From Candidatus Bathyarchaeota archaeon (GTDB lineage Archaea; Thermoproteota; Bathyarchaeia; Bathyarchaeales; Bathycorpusculaceae): DNA of 64,000 bases. A model generated the notes under the pieces. It saw nothing but the letters and a program-made list of their open reading frames with translations. It searched no databases and was not told the origin of the DNA. Within the stretch, counting starts at the first letter, position 1. Each line of letters begins with the position of its first letter. Of this stretch, positions 60,213-64,000 are shown one piece after another. The stretch lies in assembly GCA_963707955.1 (NCBI GenBank), contig OY970176.1, positions 640,001 through 704,000 on the forward strand, written 5' to 3'. The translations under genes were made by a program, and so were the position numbers.

Positions 60213-61020
60213 GAACGGCGATCTCCTGTTCATAATTGAAAAAAGTGGTGACGAAATAGACTTCAAGACGTGCGATGGGCCCTGCTCCAGATGGGACATA
60301 GACTTCAAGGTTTCCATCGTACGGTGAATGTTGAGCCACTTGGATGCTAGTCTGACCTTGGCCAATGAGCTCATTAGCATTGCTGTAGGCGCGTAGCCAT
60401 ACTGTACCTGACAGGTCAAAGAATGCGTGGTTCTCAAAGGTTAGTTGAACAGTGGCAACGGAATAAGTGGCGTTGAACATGGCGAGTTGAGGCGTTCCCA
60501 GGGTCAGATTGTAAAGCGGTGCTCCCCATTGCATAGAAGAGTTCGATGAGGCCTGTACTGGGATCACTCCTGCGGCCAGCATGCTTATCCTCGTGTTTGT
60601 TGTGAGGTCAGTGTCGTTGTTCAAGAGGCTTTGATGAGTTTGCAGCAGGTCGGTGACGTTCAGCTTTACGTTTTGGGTGACGTTTATCGTTTGGCCTTGA
60701 CCTATTACAGGTATGAATATGGATGCTCCTGCGACCGCTGAGCCCTCTTCGTCTAGGAAACTTCTGGAGATGTTGAAATCAGCTATCTCGTAGAGACCGG
60801 TGTTGACGACAGACACTGGAAAAGAAAACAGCAATTCATGGTCTTCTGTCGTGCTGGTCTGCGGCTGTCCGAGGTTAACCTGAAAGTCTTTCATAGAATA
60901 GATTGCGGATGCAGAGAAGATGAGGAGAAAAATCCAGAAGGCGGAGGTAGCTATGCTTATGATTCGGATAGGTACTCTCATGGCTGGTTGTTCTCCCGTG
61001 TTAGGCAATCTGTTAGACAA
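60202..61020 (-). CDS. Membrane-anchored beta-sandwich (LEA_2-like) protein
   Basis: N-terminal TM, then VSVVNTG-type strands, WGAP. Confidence 0.65.
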   Translation of the reverse strand: MSNRLPNTGEQPAMRVPIRIISIATSAFWIFLLIFSASAIYSMKDFQVNLGQPQTSTTEDHELLFSFPVSVVNTGLYEIADFNISRSFLDEEGSAVAGASIFIPVIGQGQTINVTQNVKLNVTDLLQTHQSLLNNDTDLTTNTRISMLAAGVIPVQASSNSSMQWGAPLYNLTLGTPQLAMFNATYSVATVQLTFENHAFFDLSGTVWLRAYSNANELIGQGQTSIQVAQHSPYDGNLEVYVPSGAGPIARLEVYFVTTFFNYEQEIAVHGD

Positions 61021-61039
61021 AGGATGCTGTTGGAGAAAC

Positions 61040-61558
61040 TCACTTCTTCTCTTTCTGATCCTGCTGTGACTCTTGCTTTGGTTCTTGTGGCTTTTGCTGT
61101 GTCTGTGGCACTTTTTCCGGGGTTAGGGCCACGATCTCTGGTTCGTACGGCTTGGCTTCAGCTTTAGGTTCTAGCGTAGTTTCCTGCTGCTTAATTTCAG
61201 CCTGCGATTTTTCTGTCTTGGGTTTCGCAGCAGGCTGTGGCGCTTCTTTAACTATTGTCGGTTCTTCCCTGAGAACTGCTGGTGTTTGACGCGCTTGGGA
61301 AATTATTGTAACTCCTCTTATGGTCAGAAGTGAGCCTACCCAGCCCATCACGCCTAGGTACATTATGCGTATGCACGTTGAGATCAGTGGAGCAAGAGTT
61401 GCGCCGAATGTGCTTGCAAGGTCGCTGGAAGTCAGTATTGACAAGTTTTGAGTTAGGAAGGCGTAAGCGCTGACGAAGGTGAATATCAGTAGGGCTACCC
61501 CTATCATAAGCACGGTTATCGCGGACAGGGCAATCTTATCCCTGAAAGTCTTGAACAT
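61040..61558 (-). CDS. Two-TM protein with low-complexity tail
   Basis: Two hydrophobic helices, YLGVMGWVGS, Q/E/K/P-rich C-terminus. Confidence 0.7.
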   Translation of the reverse strand: MFKTFRDKIALSAITVLMIGVALLIFTFVSAYAFLTQNLSILTSSDLASTFGATLAPLISTCIRIMYLGVMGWVGSLLTIRGVTIISQARQTPAVLREEPTIVKEAPQPAAKPKTEKSQAEIKQQETTLEPKAEAKPYEPEIVALTPEKVPQTQQKPQEPKQESQQDQKEKK

Positions 61559-61594
61559 TTCTTGTTTCCCGTTTTTAGTCGGGCCTGTGTAATA

Positions 61595-62299
61595 TTAAAT
61601 CTTCTTATACACGAAACACGATCTTGAATCCATATCAAACAAACTGAACAGCGTCATAAATGAGTAGAAAAATGATGGTTGAAACTGCGGCGTTATGCCG
61701 AGTTTCTGATAGATTCTCTGCTTGCTCTCTTCCACGCTCTTCTGCACGTCCGCGAACAGGTTGTTTCCGTGTGAGTCGATGGCGACTGCCAGCGGGCCGA
61801 ATTCTTCAGCTTCGAAGATCCACATGGCTTCGGGCATTCCCAAGTCGAACCATTCCACGCTTTTAATGTTCTTTATTGCCCTAGCGGCTAGCACTGCAGC
61901 TCCACCAGTGAACGCACCGTAAACGGCTCCGTACTTTGCCATCGCGTCTGTTGTCCTTTTTCCCATGCCGCCCTTGCCGATGACCACTCTGACTTTGAAG
62001 TCTTTGATGAACTCGTCTTCGAATATGTCCATCCGTGTGCTCGTCGTCGGGCCCGCGGCAACTGCGACCCACTTGTCCCCTTCTTTAGCCACAACCGGGC
62101 CGCAGTGAAACACAGCCAAGCCTTCAAGGCTGACTGGCAGGGGTTTGCCTTCCTTAAAGTATTCCAACGCTCTTCTGTGAGCCTGATCTCTGGCGGTCAC
62201 TATGGTTCCAGTCACGTAGAGCACGTCGTTGACTTTGAGTTTGCGAATTTGCTCCTCCGAGATCGGAGTCTTAAGCTTGTAAACTGTCATCTTTTTCAC
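61595..62299 (-). CDS. Fe-S fumarate/tartrate hydratase beta subunit
   Basis: TARDQAH, HCGP, AGPTTSTRM, IGKGG, IDSHGN. Confidence 0.92.
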   Translation of the reverse strand: MKKMTVYKLKTPISEEQIRKLKVNDVLYVTGTIVTARDQAHRRALEYFKEGKPLPVSLEGLAVFHCGPVVAKEGDKWVAVAAGPTTSTRMDIFEDEFIKDFKVRVVIGKGGMGKRTTDAMAKYGAVYGAFTGGAAVLAARAIKNIKSVEWFDLGMPEAMWIFEAEEFGPLAVAIDSHGNNLFADVQKSVEESKQRIYQKLGITPQFQPSFFYSFMTLFSLFDMDSRSCFVYKKI

Positions 62300-62300
62300 C

Positions 62301-63185
62301 TCACCACTCCAGCTTATGCGTTAAATACTCGACGTTTCCATCTGCGCCTATTCTTGCCGTCGCGTGTCTTGCTGCCCAGCAGTTGAAAGCGACGGCCGCT
62401 GGGAAAGACGCTGGGTGTCTGAAAGCGTAGTCGATGTGCACGCCGAGGACTGTTGTTTTTCCACCGAGGCCCATCGGACCTATCCCTGTCATGTTTGCGG
62501 CCTCGAAGATCTCTTTCTCAAGCTTGGCGATTTCTGGGTCCGGGTTGTGTTCAGTGAGAGGTCTGAGCAGGGCTTTCTTGGCCAGTTTCATCGACGTGTC
62601 GGCTCCGCCGCCCATCGCGACTCCCAGTATGTTCGGGGGACAGGGCTGAGCTCCAGCCTTGATCACGGCGTCCACCACAAACTTCTTCAAACCCTTGATT
62701 CCTTCGCCGGGAACGATCATTCCGCCGATGCAGACGTTTTCGGACCCTCCTCCCTTGGTCATCACCGTCATTTCCAAACCGTCTCCTCGAACGATTTCCC
62801 AGTTTAGAACAGGTATGTATCTTCCGGTGTTGTCTCCGCTGTTCTTTCCTGTGAACGGGTCAACCGCGTTCGGTCTCAGCGGAACTTCCTTCGTGGCCCT
62901 CTTCGTAGCGTTTATCAGCGCGGTCTCAACTCTGTCAAGGTTTTTTGCTTTGGCGCCCGCCTTGATGTAGAAGATAATTGTGCCCGTGTCTTGGCACACT
63001 GGAGCCTGGTATTTTTCCGCCAGTTCAATGTTGTCCAAGATCGCTTTCAACTGCGTTTTGCCCGTCTCGCTCGTCTCTTCAGCGTACGCTTTCTTCAAAG
63101 CCTGCTTTACGTCGTCTGGCAGGTAGATGACCGCTTGTTTCAGAATGTTGAAGGCAACGTTTTCCGCGACTTTTTCTGTTTCCAA
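62301..63185 (-). CDS. Fe-S fumarate/tartrate hydratase alpha subunit
   Basis: CQDTG, LRPN, KGGGSEN, QPCPP, GIGPMGLGG, HPAS, NCWAAR; start probably TTG ~63185. Confidence 0.92.
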   Translation of the reverse strand: METEKVAENVAFNILKQAVIYLPDDVKQALKKAYAEETSETGKTQLKAILDNIELAEKYQAPVCQDTGTIIFYIKAGAKAKNLDRVETALINATKRATKEVPLRPNAVDPFTGKNSGDNTGRYIPVLNWEIVRGDGLEMTVMTKGGGSENVCIGGMIVPGEGIKGLKKFVVDAVIKAGAQPCPPNILGVAMGGGADTSMKLAKKALLRPLTEHNPDPEIAKLEKEIFEAANMTGIGPMGLGGKTTVLGVHIDYAFRHPASFPAAVAFNCWAARHATARIGADGNVEYLTHKLEW

Positions 63186-63385
63186 GGTTTCTTCCCCTTT
63201 TTGGCTTGTTTTATGGAAGAAGCGCGTACTTATACCTTGTCTTGCTCGTCGCAGATAGTGAAGAGGACTGTTTCGATTGTTCACTTTAACCTATCTCTCC
63301 GTGGAATGTGGGCTGTTAAGCTTCGCGTGTTTTAAATACGGCGTGTCTATCTGTTCTATCAACTGTGGAAGGAGACAAGGGTTTT

Positions 63386-64000
63386 ATGGCCTCGGAAGAA
63401 ACACCGGAAACATCTGAGGAAACCACTGAGGAAACCTCTAAGGAAACCACTAAGAAGAAGTACGAGTTTTTAGAGGACTTGCCAGGAGTCGGTCCTGCTA
63501 CTGCCCAGAAGATGCGAGAGATGGGTTTTCACACGATCGAGTCTCTGGCCATGGCGACCGCCCGGGAACTGGAGCCCGCCGGAATAAGCGAGAAGAAAGC
63601 CTTTTCGATAATCGAGACTGCGCGTGCAAATATCGGCGTCTCTTTCATTCGAGCAGACGAGCTCCTGAGGATGCGCAAGGACGTTTTGCGTCTGACGAGT
63701 GGAAGCAAGATTGTGGATAGGCTGCTTAATGGCGGAATGGAGACGCAGACCATAACGGAGTTTTACGGCGAGTACGGAAGTGGAAAAAGCCAGATCTGCC
63801 ACCAGCTCTGCGTGAACGTTCAGCTGCCTCCTGAGAGAGGCGGTCTAGGCGGTTCAGCGTTGTACGTTGACACTGAGAACACTTTCCGCACCGAACGCAT
63901 CGTTTCGATGTCCAAGCATTTGGGGCTTGACCCTCTTCAGGTCGTGAAGAACATAATCTACGCGGAAGCTTACACTTCTGACCATCAGATGTTCCTGCTT
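63386..64000 (+). CDS. radA: DNA repair and recombination protein RadA (runs off window; absent from ORF track)
   Basis: LEDLPGVGPATA, TEFYGEYGSGKSQICHQLCVNVQLP, YVDTENTFR, AYTSDHQ. Confidence 0.97.
   Translation, partial: MASEETPETSEETTEETSKETTKKKYEFLEDLPGVGPATAQKMREMGFHTIESLAMATARELEPAGISEKKAFSIIETARANIGVSFIRADELLRMRKDVLRLTSGSKIVDRLLNGGMETQTITEFYGEYGSGKSQICHQLCVNVQLPPERGGLGGSALYVDTENTFRTERIVSMSKHLGLDPLQVVKNIIYAEAYTSDHQMFLL

Overview
Archaeal chromosomal window, most likely Bathyarchaeia/TACK. This is inferred from TBP, RadA, Orc1/Cdc6, an archaeal SRP RNA, class III signal-peptide pilin-like genes, a PEF-CTERM protein and a Bathyarchaeia-style integrase tail. The backbone is housekeeping and carbohydrate metabolism (GT4, two class II aldolases, two convergent PfkA paralogues, GalT, glycogen debranching enzyme, TpiA, MoaC/MoaB, PyrE, LarA, split fumarate hydratase). 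The key accessory feature is a ~14.6-kb element integrated at the 3' end of tRNA-Ser(GCT), with att repeats at 14734-14754 and 29285-29305. It carries a tyrosine integrase, an Hna-like DinG-type helicase-nuclease, an aberrant class-II tRNA-like gene, a long structured non-coding tract and two paralogous copies of an unknown structured motif ending in GACCCCACCA. It also has two cargo modules: Lrp-like + HEXXH + wHTH + coiled-coil, and PEP-swivel + DHH + membrane protein. Five copies of a 24-bp palindrome (TTCGTTTTAT-N4-ATAAAACGAA) lie at the module boundaries and near attR, suggesting a cassette-like or co-regulated defence island. Outside the island, GCGCGCGC octamers recur in intergenic DNA and at the edges of gene remnants. 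All protein calls come from visible motifs; no database searches were run.
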